DNA from: Calditrichia bacterium
Lineage (GTDB): Bacteria; Calditrichota; Calditrichia; RBG-13-44-9; J075
Assembly: GCA_028284905.1 (NCBI GenBank)
Contig: JANQQU010000003.1
Coordinates: forward strand, 1-64,000
DNA: 64,000 bases
Direction of reading: 5' to 3'
Both the position numbers and the translations under genes were made by a program. The notes under the pieces are model-generated. The model saw only the letters and a list, made by a program, of their open reading frames with translations, was not told where the DNA came from and ran no database searches. This document shows positions 1 through 11,157 of the stretch, in pieces; the first letter of the stretch is position 1; each line of letters begins with the position of its first letter.

Positions 1-7
1 TTCACTA

Positions 8-72
8 TACCTCCTTGACCATGACCTTAATTGATGAGTTCTTTTAATATGGCAAGGAGGTATCTTTTTTTC
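8..72 (+). terminator. Candidate intrinsic terminator (14-bp stem with one bulge: TACCTCCTTGACCAT / ATGGCAAGGAGGTA, long loop, then T8)
   Basis: Inverted repeat 8-22 / 49-62 followed by TCTTTTTTTTC at 63-72. Implies a plus-strand transcript ending at the window edge. Confidence 0.45.
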
Positions 73-286
73 AAATATAGTTACTTTGGGGCGAGGAGTG
101 CAGCGACGAAGCAATCTCTATCCTACAACTAAGAGATTGCTTCACTGGGCAAAAAACGCCCGTTCGCAATGACGGTATCACGTTACTCTTATTGCTGCGT
201 AACATGTGTATAATAAGCGCTTCAAACATCGAAGACTGATATAGCTGGGTGTTGCAGAAGCAAGTGCAGTATCCCACCGGCCAAAA

Positions 287-652
287 TCAAAAACGCTCAA
301 CGAGTGCCCGAAACTCCCCGAGACGAAAAGGTTTAGCGATGAAAACGTTGCCCGTCTGTTCGAGAATATCATCCAGTGCCTGATCGGTTTCGTAACCGGA
401 CATAAAGATAAAGGCATTCTCCAGGTCGGGCAGCCGGTTTACTATTTTTTGATACAATTGAGTGCCGGTCATATCCGGCAGGGAAAGATCCAATACAATA
501 ATGTCAACCGATTCATTATCCAGGTGCGCAAGTGCCTGATCTGCCCGTCTCACCCGGCTAATCTCATAAGCATTCATGCGCGTAAGCACATTGACGACCA
601 GGTCTGCAATATCCGGTTCATCCTCGACAACCAGCACCTTTTTTCGGGACAT
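287..652 (-). CDS. Single-domain response regulator (CheY-like receiver)
   Basis: 121 aa. VLVVEDEPDIADLV...IIVLDLSLPDMTG...KPF receiver motifs with conserved Asp pocket. Overlaps gatB start by 1 nt. Confidence 0.85.
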   Translation of the reverse strand: MSRKKVLVVEDEPDIADLVVNVLTRMNAYEISRVRRADQALAHLDNESVDIIVLDLSLPDMTGTQLYQKIVNRLPDLENAFIFMSGYETDQALDDILEQTGNVFIAKPFRLGEFRALVERF

Positions 653-653
653 T

Positions 654-2084
654 TTATGCTTTCAGTTGCTTCCTTAATATTTCATTCACCATGCCGGGAT
701 TCGCTTTACCGCGAGTGGCTTTCATTACCTGCCCGACAAAATAGGAGATAATTTTTTCTTTTCCCGCACGGAATTGTTCCACCTGCTTAGGATTATCGGC
801 AATTACCTGGGCAACTATACCTTCCAGTTCACTGGTATCGGATATTTGTGCTAATCCCTTCTTCTCTACGATAGCGAGGGCTTCATCCTCATTGCCGAGC
901 ATTTCTTCAAAAATATCCCGGGCAATCTTTGCGCTAATGGTATTTTTCAGAATCAAATTCAGTAAACCGGCAAGGCGCTGGGCGGAAATCGTAAAATCCT
1001 CCACATCGATCTTTTGCTCTTTCAAAACACGCAACACATCGGTCATCACCCAGTTACTGACGAGCTTGCTGTCCTCGCAGGATTTCGCCACGGCTTCAAA
1101 ATAATTGGCCAACGCTTTCGAAGCTGTCAGCACTTCGGCGTTATAAACCGGCAGCTTATATTCACTGACAAAACGCTGCTTCTTTTCCTCAGGCAGCTCG
1201 GGCAGTTCTGCGCGCACAGCCGCAATCCATTCCTCGGAAATTTGCAGCGGCAGCAGGTCCGGCTCGGGAAAATAGCGATAGTCGTGCGCTTCTTCTTTGC
1301 TACGCATGGCGCGAACAGTGCCGACATTTGCATCCCAGAGCAGTGTTTCCTGAACGATGGTGCCACCGTTGGAAACGATATCGGTTTGGCGCTCAATCTC
1401 ATAATTAATTGCGCGTTCCACATTGCGGAAGGAATTCATGTTTTTCAGCTCGGTCTTGGTACCAAATTCGCTACTGCCACGCGGGCGGATGGAAACGTTG
1501 GCATCGCAACGCAGACTACCTTCTTCCATATTGCCGTCGCAAATTTCCAGGTAGGTAACGATCTGCTTTAATCCGGCCAGGTAGGCGTGCGCTTCCGCAG
1601 CACTGCGCATATCCGGCTCGCTGACAATTTCCAGCAACGGTACGCCGCTGCGATTAAGATCGACTAAAGTATCGACACCAGCATCATGAATCGATTTGCC
1701 GGCATCTTCTTCCATGTGGATACGCGTGATGCCAATTCTTTTTGTCGGTTGATCTTCCAGGGTAATATCCAGGTGCCCATGTTCGCAGATCGGCAATTCG
1801 TATTGGGAAATCTGGTAGCCTTTCGGCAGGTCCGGATAGAAATAATGTTTGCGGGCAAAGCGATTGTAAGGAACGATCGTGCAATTGGTTGCCAGTCCCA
1901 GACGGATGGCAAAGTCCACCACCTTTTTGTTTAACACCGGCAATACGCCGGGCATTCCGAGAACAACCGGATCGGTTTGCGAGTTCGGTTCACCACCGAA
2001 AGCGGTACTGGACCCGGAAAATATTTTCGCGTCGGTTAACAACTGGGTGTGAACTTCCAATCCGATAACTACTTCAAAATCCAT
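654..2084 (-). CDS. gatB: Asp-tRNA(Asn)/Glu-tRNA(Gln) amidotransferase subunit B
   Basis: 476 aa. N-terminal [15 protein letters not shown]... is classic GatB; GatB/YqeY C-terminal region present. Confidence 0.95.
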   Translation of the reverse strand: MDFEVVIGLEVHTQLLTDAKIFSGSSTAFGGEPNSQTDPVVLGMPGVLPVLNKKVVDFAIRLGLATNCTIVPYNRFARKHYFYPDLPKGYQISQYELPICEHGHLDITLEDQPTKRIGITRIHMEEDAGKSIHDAGVDTLVDLNRSGVPLLEIVSEPDMRSAAEAHAYLAGLKQIVTYLEICDGNMEEGSLRCDANVSIRPRGSSEFGTKTELKNMNSFRNVERAINYEIERQTDIVSNGGTIVQETLLWDANVGTVRAMRSKEEAHDYRYFPEPDLLPLQISEEWIAAVRAELPELPEEKKQRFVSEYKLPVYNAEVLTASKALANYFEAVAKSCEDSKLVSNWVMTDVLRVLKEQKIDVEDFTISAQRLAGLLNLILKNTISAKIARDIFEEMLGNEDEALAIVEKKGLAQISDTSELEGIVAQVIADNPKQVEQFRAGKEKIISYFVGQVMKATRGKANPGMVNEILRKQLKA

Positions 2085-2269
2085 GTTAAGCTCTGTTTTT
2101 AAGATAGTCTATGCGCCAATTCTGTTAATGCCCAATTTCCAATCTAAAATGTCCAATTTCGAAGGAAAGAAGCGAAAATTTATCAGCTTAGGGCAATAGC
2201 ATACTTCGAAATTGAAAATTGAGTATTGGACATTGGATATTTCAATCTTTGTTGTTCAATTTGCCCACT

Positions 2270-3712
2270 TTATTCCGCAAGCAAATTCTCAATATATCCT
2301 GCCATCCGGAACAGTTTTTCTTCCTGGAAAGCACCGGCGATTAGCTGTAGCCCAATTGGCAACCCTTCCGTCGTTTTCCCAGAGGGCATGCTGAGGGCAC
2401 AAATACCTGCCAGATTAACGGTGACGGTGTAAATATCCGAAAGATACATTTGTAACGGATCGTCGACCTTTTCGCCGATCTTAAATGCCGGACTCGGTGT
2501 TGTTGGCGTTAGCAGCAGATCGACATCTTTGAAGGCATCATCAAACTGATTTTTTATCAGGCGGCGAACCTGCTGGCCTTTTTTATAATAGGCGTCATAG
2601 TAGCCGGAAGACAGCACGTGTGCACCGAGCATGACTCGTCGTTTCACTTCCGCGCCGAATCCCTCTGAGCGGGAACGGGTATACATTTCGTTTAAATCGC
2701 CAACCTCCTCTGCACGATGGCCATAGCGAACGCCGTCGTAGCGGGCCAGGTTCGAAGAGGCTTCCGCAGTAGCGATAATGTAATAGGCGGCAATGGCATA
2801 ATCATTCAGGGAAAGGTCTACCGGCTTGATGGTCATGCCGGCATCTTCCAGTTGCTTAGTGACGGCTTTTATATTATCGGCAATTTCACTATCCAACCCT
2901 TCCTGAAAAAACTGGGTCGGTAATCCGATTGTTAAACCTGTTACATCGCCACCGACAGCTGCGGTATAATCCGGCACCATTTCATCCATGGAAGTAGAAT
3001 CATTCGGATCCAGGCCGGAAATGACATTGAGCATCAGCGCTGCATCACTCACATTTTTCGCGAATGGCCCGATTTGGTCCAGCGACGAGGCAAATGCCAC
3101 CAGCCCGTAGCGGGAAACCCGCCCGTAAGTCGGCTTCATCCCGACGATGCCACAAAAGGCCGCCGGCTGACGAATAGAACCGCCGGTATCACTCCCCAGG
3201 GATAGATCTGCCATACCAGCAGCAACGGCAACTGCCGAACCGCCACTGGAACCGCCGGCCACCCTTTCCGGATCAATCGGATTACGGGAATGGCCATAAT
3301 AGGAATTTTCGGTGGAAGAGCCCATCGCGAACTCGTCGAGGTTGGTTTTGCCGATAATGATACCATCTTCAGCAATAATTTTACGCACGACAGTAGCGTC
3401 ATACGGGGAAACAAACTGATCGAGTATTCGGGATCCGCAGGTAGTGCGCTGACCTTTCATGCACATATTATCTTTCAGGGCGATAAATAATCCCGCGAGG
3501 CTTCCCAGTTTGGCGCCACCGGCACGCTTTGCATCAATCGCTGCCGCTTGCTGTCGCGCTTCGTCTCCGTAAACCTGAATAAATGCGTTCAGAGATTTAT
3601 TCGCTTCGATTCGCTTCAAATATTCTTCAACGGCATCGACTAAAGTAAAATCACCAGCGATATATTGCCGATGCCTTTGTAATGCATTCTCCAAAGACCC
3701 GCTCCTGTTCAT
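2270..3712 (-). CDS. gatA: Glutamyl-tRNA(Gln) amidotransferase subunit A (amidase signature family)
   Basis: 480 aa. Amidase signature [14 protein letters not shown] and Ser-cisSer-Lys context. Confidence 0.95.
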   Translation of the reverse strand: MNRSGSLENALQRHRQYIAGDFTLVDAVEEYLKRIEANKSLNAFIQVYGDEARQQAAAIDAKRAGGAKLGSLAGLFIALKDNMCMKGQRTTCGSRILDQFVSPYDATVVRKIIAEDGIIIGKTNLDEFAMGSSTENSYYGHSRNPIDPERVAGGSSGGSAVAVAAGMADLSLGSDTGGSIRQPAAFCGIVGMKPTYGRVSRYGLVAFASSLDQIGPFAKNVSDAALMLNVISGLDPNDSTSMDEMVPDYTAAVGGDVTGLTIGLPTQFFQEGLDSEIADNIKAVTKQLEDAGMTIKPVDLSLNDYAIAAYYIIATAEASSNLARYDGVRYGHRAEEVGDLNEMYTRSRSEGFGAEVKRRVMLGAHVLSSGYYDAYYKKGQQVRRLIKNQFDDAFKDVDLLLTPTTPSPAFKIGEKVDDPLQMYLSDIYTVTVNLAGICALSMPSGKTTEGLPIGLQLIAGAFQEEKLFRMAGYIENLLAE

Positions 3713-3842
3713 TATGGGTAGCGTATGAGGTTTGTGTGCTGCAAAGAAGCTGACGGCATTTACATTCGAAAGCGGACCAAGCCGTATATTTCAGACAAAT
3801 ACCGGCAGCGACAGGCGGATTGTATACTGCAGATATTGTGAA

Positions 3843-4076
3843 TTATTGATCTTTTTGAGCTTGCTCTTTTGCTTCAGACGGCTGTGTATTGCTACGAGGC
3901 TTTTCGTCAATCTGGCTCATATCAAATTCTTCTCTTAATCCCGATGTCGCATGCTTGAACTCTTTGATGGAGCGTCCCAGGGAACGTGCAAGCTCCGGCA
4001 GCCGCTTAGCGCCGAATAACATCAAAATAACAAAAAAGATAACGATTAATTCGCCGGCACCCATTCCAAATGGCAT
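3843..4076 (-). CDS. tatA: Twin-arginine translocase TatA/E
   Basis: 77 aa. MPFGMGAGELIVIFFVILMLFGAKRLPELARSLGRSIKEFK is typical TatA TM + amphipathic helix. Confidence 0.85.
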   Translation of the reverse strand: MPFGMGAGELIVIFFVILMLFGAKRLPELARSLGRSIKEFKHATSGLREEFDMSQIDEKPRSNTQPSEAKEQAQKDQ

Positions 4077-4200
4077 AATAAAATCTCCTGGTTGTTAAAT
4101 ATTCTGGCAACTCATATTGCTTGAAAATTATTTCGAAAACATCCGGTTTTCTGTCTTAATAAAGGCCATAAATAGTTATAAAACAATATTCGAAAAAAAA

Positions 4201-4461
4201 TTACTCCATTACTTTAAAGAGCCAGGCCACGAGAAAAATCCCGATAACACTGACGATATTTAAATTAACGCCAAAGCCCAGAGTAAAATTGATGACTCGT
4301 AAATCCAATTTTGCCGGGCCGGCTGCAAAGCTTAAGGGTCGCAACAGTGCTTCTTTAAATCCCCCGGGTGGCAGAAAATTTACCATACTGCTCAGGAAAT
4401 ACCCAACAACCGTTCCCAGAATCAATATGAGCAAATAGTAGCCAAGATTTTTCTTCTTCAT
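4201..4461 (-). CDS. Small membrane protein (DUF4321-like)
   Basis: 86 aa with two hydrophobic segments. Located immediately downstream of purQ as in many genomes. Confidence 0.45.
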   Translation of the reverse strand: MKKKNLGYYLLILILGTVVGYFLSSMVNFLPPGGFKEALLRPLSFAAGPAKLDLRVINFTLGFGVNLNIVSVIGIFLVAWLFKVME

Positions 4462-4479
4462 CGGTCAATTCCCTCCAAA

Positions 4480-5154
4480 CTAAGCAGTTAAAGATTCAAA
4501 AATCCAGCGGCCATCATCGGAGCCGAGCAGGCTTTCCACGGCGCGTTCCGGATGTGGCATCATACCGAGCACATTCCCTTCCCGATTAACGATTCCGGCG
4601 ATATTATCCAGAGAGCCATTGGGATTGGCAGCTTCGGTAACATCATTGCCTGGCGTGGCATATCGAAAAACAATCTGATTATTCTCTTGTAGAGATTCAT
4701 ATCCTGCCGGATCAATGAAATAGCGGCCTTCGCCATGGGCGATAGGGATTTGCAAGGCCTGATCGGGAATTGCCCGGCTAAAGCGCGTATCACTATTTTC
4801 CGTCTTCAAATAAACCTGCTTGCAGATAAAGCGCAGGTTGGCATTGCGCATCAGGGCGCCGGGTAACAAACCGGCTTCCACTAATATTTGAAATCCATTA
4901 CAAACCCCGATAACGGTCTTGCCGCTTTTCGCAAAACCCACCACCGCTTTCATAATCGTGGAAAAACGGGCAATGGCTCCGGCGCGGAGATAGTCGCCAT
5001 AGGAAAATCCCCCTGGTAATGCAACCAGGTCATATTCGGACAGATCGGCGGTTTTATGCCAAACATATTCGGCATCATGCCCAAGCATATTTAGCGCATG
5101 GTGCATATCATGATCGCAGTTGGAACCTGGAAATACAACAACGGCTGACTTCAC
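4480..5154 (-). CDS. purQ: Phosphoribosylformylglycinamidine synthase subunit PurQ (glutaminase)
   Basis: 224 aa. VVFPGSNCD...GVCNGFQIL class-I GATase motifs. Overlaps purS by 4 nt. Confidence 0.9.
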   Translation of the reverse strand: MKSAVVVFPGSNCDHDMHHALNMLGHDAEYVWHKTADLSEYDLVALPGGFSYGDYLRAGAIARFSTIMKAVVGFAKSGKTVIGVCNGFQILVEAGLLPGALMRNANLRFICKQVYLKTENSDTRFSRAIPDQALQIPIAHGEGRYFIDPAGYESLQENNQIVFRYATPGNDVTEAANPNGSLDNIAGIVNREGNVLGMMPHPERAVESLLGSDDGRWIFESLTA

Positions 5155-5405
5155 GCTTTTTCTCCCAGGTATTCAATTTCAAAATCTTCGATAACAGTAT
5201 TCGCTAATAATTTACGGCTGGCTTCTTCTACCATATTATGAATGGTTTCCGGCGTGCCGTCGTCCGGCACTTCCAGTTCGATCAGCTTACCGACCCGCAC
5301 ATCGTTAATACCATCGAATCCCAGGTTTTGCAGCGCATGGTGCACAGCTTTTCCCTGCGGATCGAGAATGCTCTTTTTTAATCTGATTTTTACAGCAACT
5401 TTCAT
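5151..5405 (-). CDS. purS: Phosphoribosylformylglycinamidine synthase subunit PurS
   Basis: 84 aa. Typical PurS size and sequence; sits directly upstream of purQ. Confidence 0.85.
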   Translation of the reverse strand: MKVAVKIRLKKSILDPQGKAVHHALQNLGFDGINDVRVGKLIELEVPDDGTPETIHNMVEEASRKLLANTVIEDFEIEYLGEKA

Positions 5406-6157
5406 TTTCGTTCCTTTGTTTTCGATACACCGGCTTTTTCCTGTTGGGAAAATATCAAGAGCCAGATAATTCTGATCGGCCCGGAAAGAATGTAGATCAT
5501 TATTAGCGGAAAGAACGTCCGCTGCGGATAGATGAGGATAATGATGATACCGATAATTACCGCAAGAATTTTCAGGCGATTAATCCGGCTGCTTTGCAGG
5601 GAAAAATTCGGCATGATCTCGTAACGGATATTGGTAATCATCAGAATTGACACGAGGAGAACGATGGTCATAAAAATCTTTTCCCAGCGAAGTTCTCCCC
5701 AGATATCATAGTTGAACAGCACAAATGTACAAATCGTAATCGCCGCGGCCGGGCTCGGCACTCCTTCGAAAGCGTCTTTATCAAAACCTTCCAGGCGGGC
5801 ATTAAAACGGGCGAGGCGAATAGCGCCAAACACCAGCGGCACAAAACTGAGCATCAGTCCGGTAGTGCCCCATTCCTGAAAGAGCACGTAATAGGATAAG
5901 GCGGAAGGCGCAAGGCCGAAGGAAATGACATCTGCGAGGGAATCGTATTGTACCCCAAACTCCGAGGCGCCATCGACCATTCTGGCCAGCTTGCCGTCCA
6001 GTACGTCCAGTACGCCAGCAGCGATAATCAACCAGGCGGCCGTAGTAAAACGGCCTTGAGCGGCAAGTAATACCGAATAATATCCGCAGAACATATTGGC
6101 CATGGTAAAGAAACCCGGCACCAACGATGCTCGCGCACGCATTCGATCTTCCAGCAT
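5402..6157 (-). CDS. pssA: CDP-diacylglycerol--serine O-phosphatidyltransferase (CDP-alcohol phosphatidyltransferase family)
   Basis: DGKLAR...DSLADVISFGLAP CDP-OH phosphotransferase motif. The ORF extends to 6217 but the likely start is the internal Met (MLEDRM...) at about 6157. The first 20 codons overlap a conserved upstream motif. Confidence 0.8.
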   Translation of the reverse strand: MLEDRMRARASLVPGFFTMANMFCGYYSVLLAAQGRFTTAAWLIIAAGVLDVLDGKLARMVDGASEFGVQYDSLADVISFGLAPSALSYYVLFQEWGTTGLMLSFVPLVFGAIRLARFNARLEGFDKDAFEGVPSPAAAITICTFVLFNYDIWGELRWEKIFMTIVLLVSILMITNIRYEIMPNFSLQSSRINRLKILAVIIGIIIILIYPQRTFFPLIMIYILSGPIRIIWLLIFSQQEKAGVSKTKERK

Positions 6158-6244
6158 GTTCTTTATTTTTTCGATGACTGATACCCACTTATTTAATGGC
6201 CAATGCCCAACTTTCAATTTCCAATGCCAAAAGGCAACATCCCA

Positions 6245-6961
6245 TCAGGAAGACAATTCGGTCTTCGGTAATTCTACCACGCGCTGCTCTTCGGATTGCT
6301 GGTCCCCCTCATTGGGGAACGTCGCCAGAATACTGACACCGCCACGGACCATCTGCCCGGATTTAACATTGATTTTCGCATCCAGCGGTACGAAGACATC
6401 CGCCCGGCTGCCGTAACGGATTAATCCCATCCGTTCGCCGGCCTTACACCAGTCGCCTTCGCGAATGTTGCAAACAATTCGACGGGCAATCAATCCGGCA
6501 ATTTGCTTAAACATTACCTGGTGACCGTATTGGTTTACCATTCCGATTGCCGTTTGCTCATTTTCCACGGAAGCGTCTTCCTTAAATGCCGCTAAAAATT
6601 TCCCGGTCCGGTGCACCACATAATTGACGGTACCGGCCATCGGCGTTCGGTTGACATGAACGTTAAAGACCGAAAGAAAAATGCTAATCCGCCGGACTTC
6701 CCGGTTAAAATATTCCGTATCCTTGACGCGCTTAATTTCCATCACCTTACCATCTGCCGGTGATAAAACAGCCAATGGGTTTTTCGGGATTTCCCGGTCA
6801 GGATCCCGAAAAAAGAACAGGTTAAAAATAGATAAAACACCAAGAATCACCGTTGCAACCAACGATACCGGATGCGGAAAAGCAAACCACAAGATCAGGC
6901 TCACCAGAAACGCCACAAATGTTCCGATGATGATACCATAACCATCTTTTGCAAACACCAT
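6245..6961 (-). CDS. psd: Phosphatidylserine decarboxylase proenzyme (short type)
   Basis: 238 aa with Psd-related core and N-terminal TM. Adjacent to pssA. Confidence 0.8.
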   Translation of the reverse strand: MVFAKDGYGIIIGTFVAFLVSLILWFAFPHPVSLVATVILGVLSIFNLFFFRDPDREIPKNPLAVLSPADGKVMEIKRVKDTEYFNREVRRISIFLSVFNVHVNRTPMAGTVNYVVHRTGKFLAAFKEDASVENEQTAIGMVNQYGHQVMFKQIAGLIARRIVCNIREGDWCKAGERMGLIRYGSRADVFVPLDAKINVKSGQMVRGGVSILATFPNEGDQQSEEQRVVELPKTELSS

Positions 6962-7028
6962 ATTCTCCTTCTACACATGCACCGGAAGCGCCATGCTGAA
7001 CCATGGATCGCCCACGAGGGGCAATACA

Positions 7029-7721
7029 TTATTCGCCAAAAATGCGGGCTTTCAGCTGCTGATATTCATCTTTGCTCTTATCGGATCCTTCCGGCACTCT
7101 ATCGAAACTACCATCTTCTTTGACAAACCACAGATTCAGCGTATCCAGAGATACTTCATCCGCGAGCACAATTTGATTATGAATACGACCAAATTCCAGA
7201 CTAAAATTAACTAATTTCAGCTTTTTCCGGTCAAAGAAAGATTTGAAAACCGCATTCACTTTTGTGGCAATTCTCATAATGCTGGTCATGTCTTTTCGCT
7301 CGCACAATCCCAGTGCATAGGCATGATATTCATTGATCATCGGACGGGTGTTTTTCTCATCCTTGTAGTATAATTCGACGATCGGATATTCCAGAACAGT
7401 GCCTTCATCGATGCTTAAACGTTCAGCCAATTTTTTAGATGCAACATTGTAAACATCTACAACCATGCTGATACTCTCGCTCTTCTTTGCCAGGAAACTC
7501 TTCGAATCAAGTTTCTTCGCAAAATGAGTCGGGACGTTATAGCTTTCGAGATACTCAAACAGATAAGATGTAACTGTGTTATTCATTTCAGCAATCTCGC
7601 CACCATCTTTTTTCTTGCCTTTACCAGTAGAATCATTGTAGGCAACAATCACCTGATCACTTTGATTCGTCGAATATACTTTCTTGGTAGGGCCGTCAAC
7701 CAGTAAGTCTTTAATCTCCAC
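7029..7721 (-). CDS. purC: Phosphoribosylaminoimidazole-succinocarboxamide synthase (SAICAR synthetase)
   Basis: 230 aa. Global similarity to PurC (YSTNQSDQVIVAYNDSTGKGKKKDG...). Confidence 0.9.
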   Translation of the reverse strand: MEIKDLLVDGPTKKVYSTNQSDQVIVAYNDSTGKGKKKDGGEIAEMNNTVTSYLFEYLESYNVPTHFAKKLDSKSFLAKKSESISMVVDVYNVASKKLAERLSIDEGTVLEYPIVELYYKDEKNTRPMINEYHAYALGLCERKDMTSIMRIATKVNAVFKSFFDRKKLKLVNFSLEFGRIHNQIVLADEVSLDTLNLWFVKEDGSFDRVPEGSDKSKDEYQQLKARIFGE

Positions 7722-7804
7722 GAGTTGTTCCTCCGCTTTAAAGTAGTAATCTGCGCTTTCGCGTTTATTTATTTTATTTTATTTATTATCAATATCTTAA
7801 AGAA

Positions 7805-9103
7805 CTAGCTGTCCAGTCCCAGTCGCTGAAATACGGTGTTAATATTTCTCAATCGATTTTCCAGACTGCAAATATTATCGAGCGTTTCCGCAGAGAGATA
7901 TTGCAGCACCGTTTCATCTTTTTTCAACTCGTCCAGCAGCGTTGTCTGATTATGCCAGACGTTTAAGGCATTTCGCTGCACCAGGCGATAAGCCTCTTCC
8001 CGACTAACGCCCTGATCCACCAGGTTGAGCAGGATCGACTGGGAAAATACCAGTCCACGATTCGCTTCCAGGTTTTCTTTCATGCGGTCGGCATTTACTA
8101 CCATCCCATCGAGCAGGAAGCGGGTTTTCTCCAGCATGTAATAGAGCGTAATGGTTGCGTCCGGCATAATGACTCTTTCTACTGAAGAATGGGAAATATC
8201 CCGTTCATGCCAAAGCGCGACATTTTCCAGGGCGGCAACCAGATGCCCCCGTAACAAGCGGGCCATACCGCTAATCCGCTCGGACACGATCGGATTTTTC
8301 TTATGCGGCATCGCAGACGACCCTTTCTGGCGGGAACCAAAGGGTTCTTCCACTTCCAGCACTTCTGTGCGCTGCAGATGGCGAATCTCCACGGAAATCT
8401 TCTCCAGTGTCGCAGCGATAACGGCCAGCATGGACATATATTCCGCATGGCGATCCCGTTGCAAAATCTGCGTAGAAATCGCCGCCGGCTTCAGGCCCAT
8501 TTGCTCACAGACATATTCTTCCACGAAAGGCTCGAGATGGGCAAAGGTTCCCACGGCACCGGAAATCTTACCGGCTGATACCGTTTCAATCGCTCGTAGC
8601 AGGCGTTCCCGGTTCCGTAACATTTCACTATACCAAACTGCCAGCTTAAATCCAAATGTCAGCGGCTCGGCATGTACGCCATGGGAACGTCCCACAGCTA
8701 CTGTATCCTTATATTTAACTGCCTGCTTTTTTAGAACGGCGATTACGCTATCGACTTTTTCCAGGATCAATTCGCCGGCTTGCTTCATTTGCACTGCCAG
8801 TGTGGTATCCAGTACATCCGAGGAGGTCATGCCGTAATGAATGTGGCGGGAAGGTTCACCGACATATTCAGCAACATTGGTTAGAAAGGCGATCACATCG
8901 TGATGGACTTCCGCTTCAATATCGAGTATGCGCTGGACGTTAAAGTCCGCTTTTTCCCGAATAACTGCGACATCCTCGGCGGGAATGTCTCCTAATTTTG
9001 CACGTGCTTCGCAGGCATGAATCTCAATGTCCAGCCAAATGCGAAACCTGTTTTCGTCTTCCCAAATTTTCCCAATTTCCGGGAGCGTATAACGTTCGAT
9101 CAT
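7805..9103 (-). CDS. purB: Adenylosuccinate lyase
   Basis: 432 aa. SSDVLDT, GRSHGVHAEPLTFG fumarate-lyase signature. Confidence 0.95.
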   Translation of the reverse strand: MIERYTLPEIGKIWEDENRFRIWLDIEIHACEARAKLGDIPAEDVAVIREKADFNVQRILDIEAEVHHDVIAFLTNVAEYVGEPSRHIHYGMTSSDVLDTTLAVQMKQAGELILEKVDSVIAVLKKQAVKYKDTVAVGRSHGVHAEPLTFGFKLAVWYSEMLRNRERLLRAIETVSAGKISGAVGTFAHLEPFVEEYVCEQMGLKPAAISTQILQRDRHAEYMSMLAVIAATLEKISVEIRHLQRTEVLEVEEPFGSRQKGSSAMPHKKNPIVSERISGMARLLRGHLVAALENVALWHERDISHSSVERVIMPDATITLYYMLEKTRFLLDGMVVNADRMKENLEANRGLVFSQSILLNLVDQGVSREEAYRLVQRNALNVWHNQTTLLDELKKDETVLQYLSAETLDNICSLENRLRNINTVFQRLGLDS

Positions 9104-10389
9104 CTTCTTTCTGGCCTCGATTCCAAAGTGACTTGTATTTGAAATTTTCTTTCTTCCCGCACAACGTCAAACGTAATGACGCTACCGACCTTTAAATCCA
9201 GATCGCGCAGGTTCTTGATTAAATTATCAACATTCGTGACGGATTTGCCTTCCAGGGCGACAATAATATCATATTCGCGCAGACCGGCTTTATAGGCTGG
9301 GCCACGGCGATCAATTTCCGTAATGATCGCTCCCTGACGTACCGATAGTCCCAGTGCATTAACAATCCGGTTGTTCAGGCTTTGCGCATAGATGATGCCA
9401 TGCCAATATTCCCGGTCGATGCCCCCTTTTTCACGAATTTCCGCAACAACCTCTTCGATGTGCTGCATGGGAATGGCAAACCCGATCCCGATATTGCCTT
9501 CGTTCCCCTGGCTACCGGTGTAAATGAAGGTGTTCATTCCAATCACCTGACCCAGCGCATTTACCAGCGGGCCACCACTATTCCCATGGTTGATAGCGGC
9601 ATCCGTTTGGATCATATCCTGGTAAAGGCGCTCTTCCCGGGTGCGGCCCCAGTCGCGGTCCAGCGCACTGATGACCCCAACGGTTACCGTTGGCTGGTCG
9701 TTAAGTGCTACCAGGCCGAAGGGATTTCCCAGGGCAATGACCCATTCGCCAACCATTAAATCATCGGAGCGTCCCAATTCGAGGTAAGGATATTCCCCCG
9801 GTTCAATAATTTTTAGCAGGGCGATATCGCTAAGCCGGTCACTGCCTTCTACCTGGGCAGTTTTATGGCGGCCGTCCGGCAGGGTAATAACGATCTCTGT
9901 GGCATCTTCCACCACGTGTTCATTGGTAATGATATATCCATCTTTCGAAATCAGAAAACCGGAGCCCAACGACTGGATTTCCTGTTTGTACCAACGATTT
10001 CGATACAGTTCCGGAAACAGTTCCGCAAAAGGATTGCGCTCCCGATACCGTTTAACCTGGGTGACGTTAATGCCCACAACCCCGGGGCTGGCTTTTGCCA
10101 CTGCCCGGGTAATAGCGGTTTGCCGGGATGTATAAATGCTGTCCGTAATAACATGCTTTGTTTCCGTTTGCGCATAAGCGTTGTTGATGAGCGAAGAATC
10201 GCTGCTGCTCCCACTGTCACTACCGGATTGGCAAGCAGCGCCGCCAACAAAAAAATACGCCATCAGCAAACCGCTAATGATGGCGAAACGGCTACGGCCC
10301 TGAAAAGTCAATCTTAACAACTTCATTATCTTCGACGGTATGTTCATAAACCTGAATTGCGGCGCTAAAAAACGGTTGTTTTCTTTCAT
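9100..10389 (-). CDS. HtrA/DegP-family periplasmic serine protease with PDZ domain
   Basis: 429 aa. Signal/TM segment, trypsin-like core (TNEHVV, GNSGGPL) and a C-terminal PDZ. Overlaps purB by 4 nt. Confidence 0.85.
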   Translation of the reverse strand: MKENNRFLAPQFRFMNIPSKIMKLLRLTFQGRSRFAIISGLLMAYFFVGGAACQSGSDSGSSSDSSLINNAYAQTETKHVITDSIYTSRQTAITRAVAKASPGVVGINVTQVKRYRERNPFAELFPELYRNRWYKQEIQSLGSGFLISKDGYIITNEHVVEDATEIVITLPDGRHKTAQVEGSDRLSDIALLKIIEPGEYPYLELGRSDDLMVGEWVIALGNPFGLVALNDQPTVTVGVISALDRDWGRTREERLYQDMIQTDAAINHGNSGGPLVNALGQVIGMNTFIYTGSQGNEGNIGIGFAIPMQHIEEVVAEIREKGGIDREYWHGIIYAQSLNNRIVNALGLSVRQGAIITEIDRRGPAYKAGLREYDIIVALEGKSVTNVDNLIKNLRDLDLKVGSVITFDVVREERKFQIQVTLESRPERR

Positions 10390-10422
10390 TTTTTACCTGC
10401 CGATAATTTCCCAACTTGTAAA

Positions 10423-11157
10423 TTAATTATAGTCTACTTTCTCCAGCACCAATCCCTTCGCGGGTGCAGCCGCACCGGCGGCTTTTCGGTTGCGGGAAGC
10501 AAATATTTTTTCAAACTCGGCCTCGGAGGACTTCCCCCGGGCAACGTCGATAATCGTACCGACAATCGTCCGGACCATGCCGTGCAGGAAGCGGTTAGCG
10601 CCGACCCGGTAAATCCAGACATTTTCTTCCTGTCGCCAAAACGACTCATAAACAATACAGCGCTTGTGCGAGCTTTGCACCTGCACACGGGAGAAAGCGC
10701 CAAAATCATGATCTCCCAACAATTTTTCCGCGAGCGGATTTAACAACGAAGTATCGAGCTTTTGAAACAACTGCCAACAGAAAGCGCGCATTAAAGCAGT
10801 TCTCTCCGTGGAGATGTAATACTGATAGGTTCGCCGGGTCGCATCGAACCGGGCATTAAACTCCGGTGCAACAACCGCCGCGGATCTCACCGCAATATCG
10901 TCCGGCAAGTGGTGATTCAGCCCCATCTCGATGCTGTGCATCGGTAAATCCTTTTCAAGCTGAAAGTTCACGACCTGACCACGGGCATGAACACCGGTAT
11001 CGGTACGACCAGCAGCGGTAACTCTTAAGCGTTCCCCGCTTAGCTTATAAATCGCCTCTTCCAGACACCCCTGGACGGTGGTCAGATTATCCTGATACTG
11101 CCAGCCATGGTATGCCGTCCCTTCATACTCGACCACTACTTTAATATTCCGTTTCAT
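10423..11157 (-). CDS. truA: tRNA pseudouridine(38-40) synthase
   Basis: 244 aa. YEGTAYHGWQ...RTDTGVHA TruA motifs. Confidence 0.9.
   Translation of the reverse strand: MKRNIKVVVEYEGTAYHGWQYQDNLTTVQGCLEEAIYKLSGERLRVTAAGRTDTGVHARGQVVNFQLEKDLPMHSIEMGLNHHLPDDIAVRSAAVVAPEFNARFDATRRTYQYYISTERTALMRAFCWQLFQKLDTSLLNPLAEKLLGDHDFGAFSRVQVQSSHKRCIVYESFWRQEENVWIYRVGANRFLHGMVRTIVGTIIDVARGKSSEAEFEKIFASRNRKAAGAAAPAKGLVLEKVDYN

Noticed and set aside
90-230. Perfect 12-bp hairpin GAAGCAATCTCT-N12-AGAGATTGCTTC near the window start, considered as tRNA/ncRNA
   Set aside because: No cloverleaf or known ncRNA consensus is recognisable, and there is no U-tract on the strand where a terminator is needed. Left only as an unexplained hairpin.
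1014-1571. Long antisense ORFs inside well-supported genes (for example 1014-1571+, 8151-8837+, 14484-15119-, 18366-19097-, 26337-27038+, 30433-30963+, 35069-35578+)
   Set aside because: They lie entirely within higher-confidence genes on the opposite strand (gatB, purB, OMP-TGase, TonB receptor, lipoprotein, pspA, rfbB). They have no recognisable motifs and biased low-complexity composition typical of shadow ORFs.
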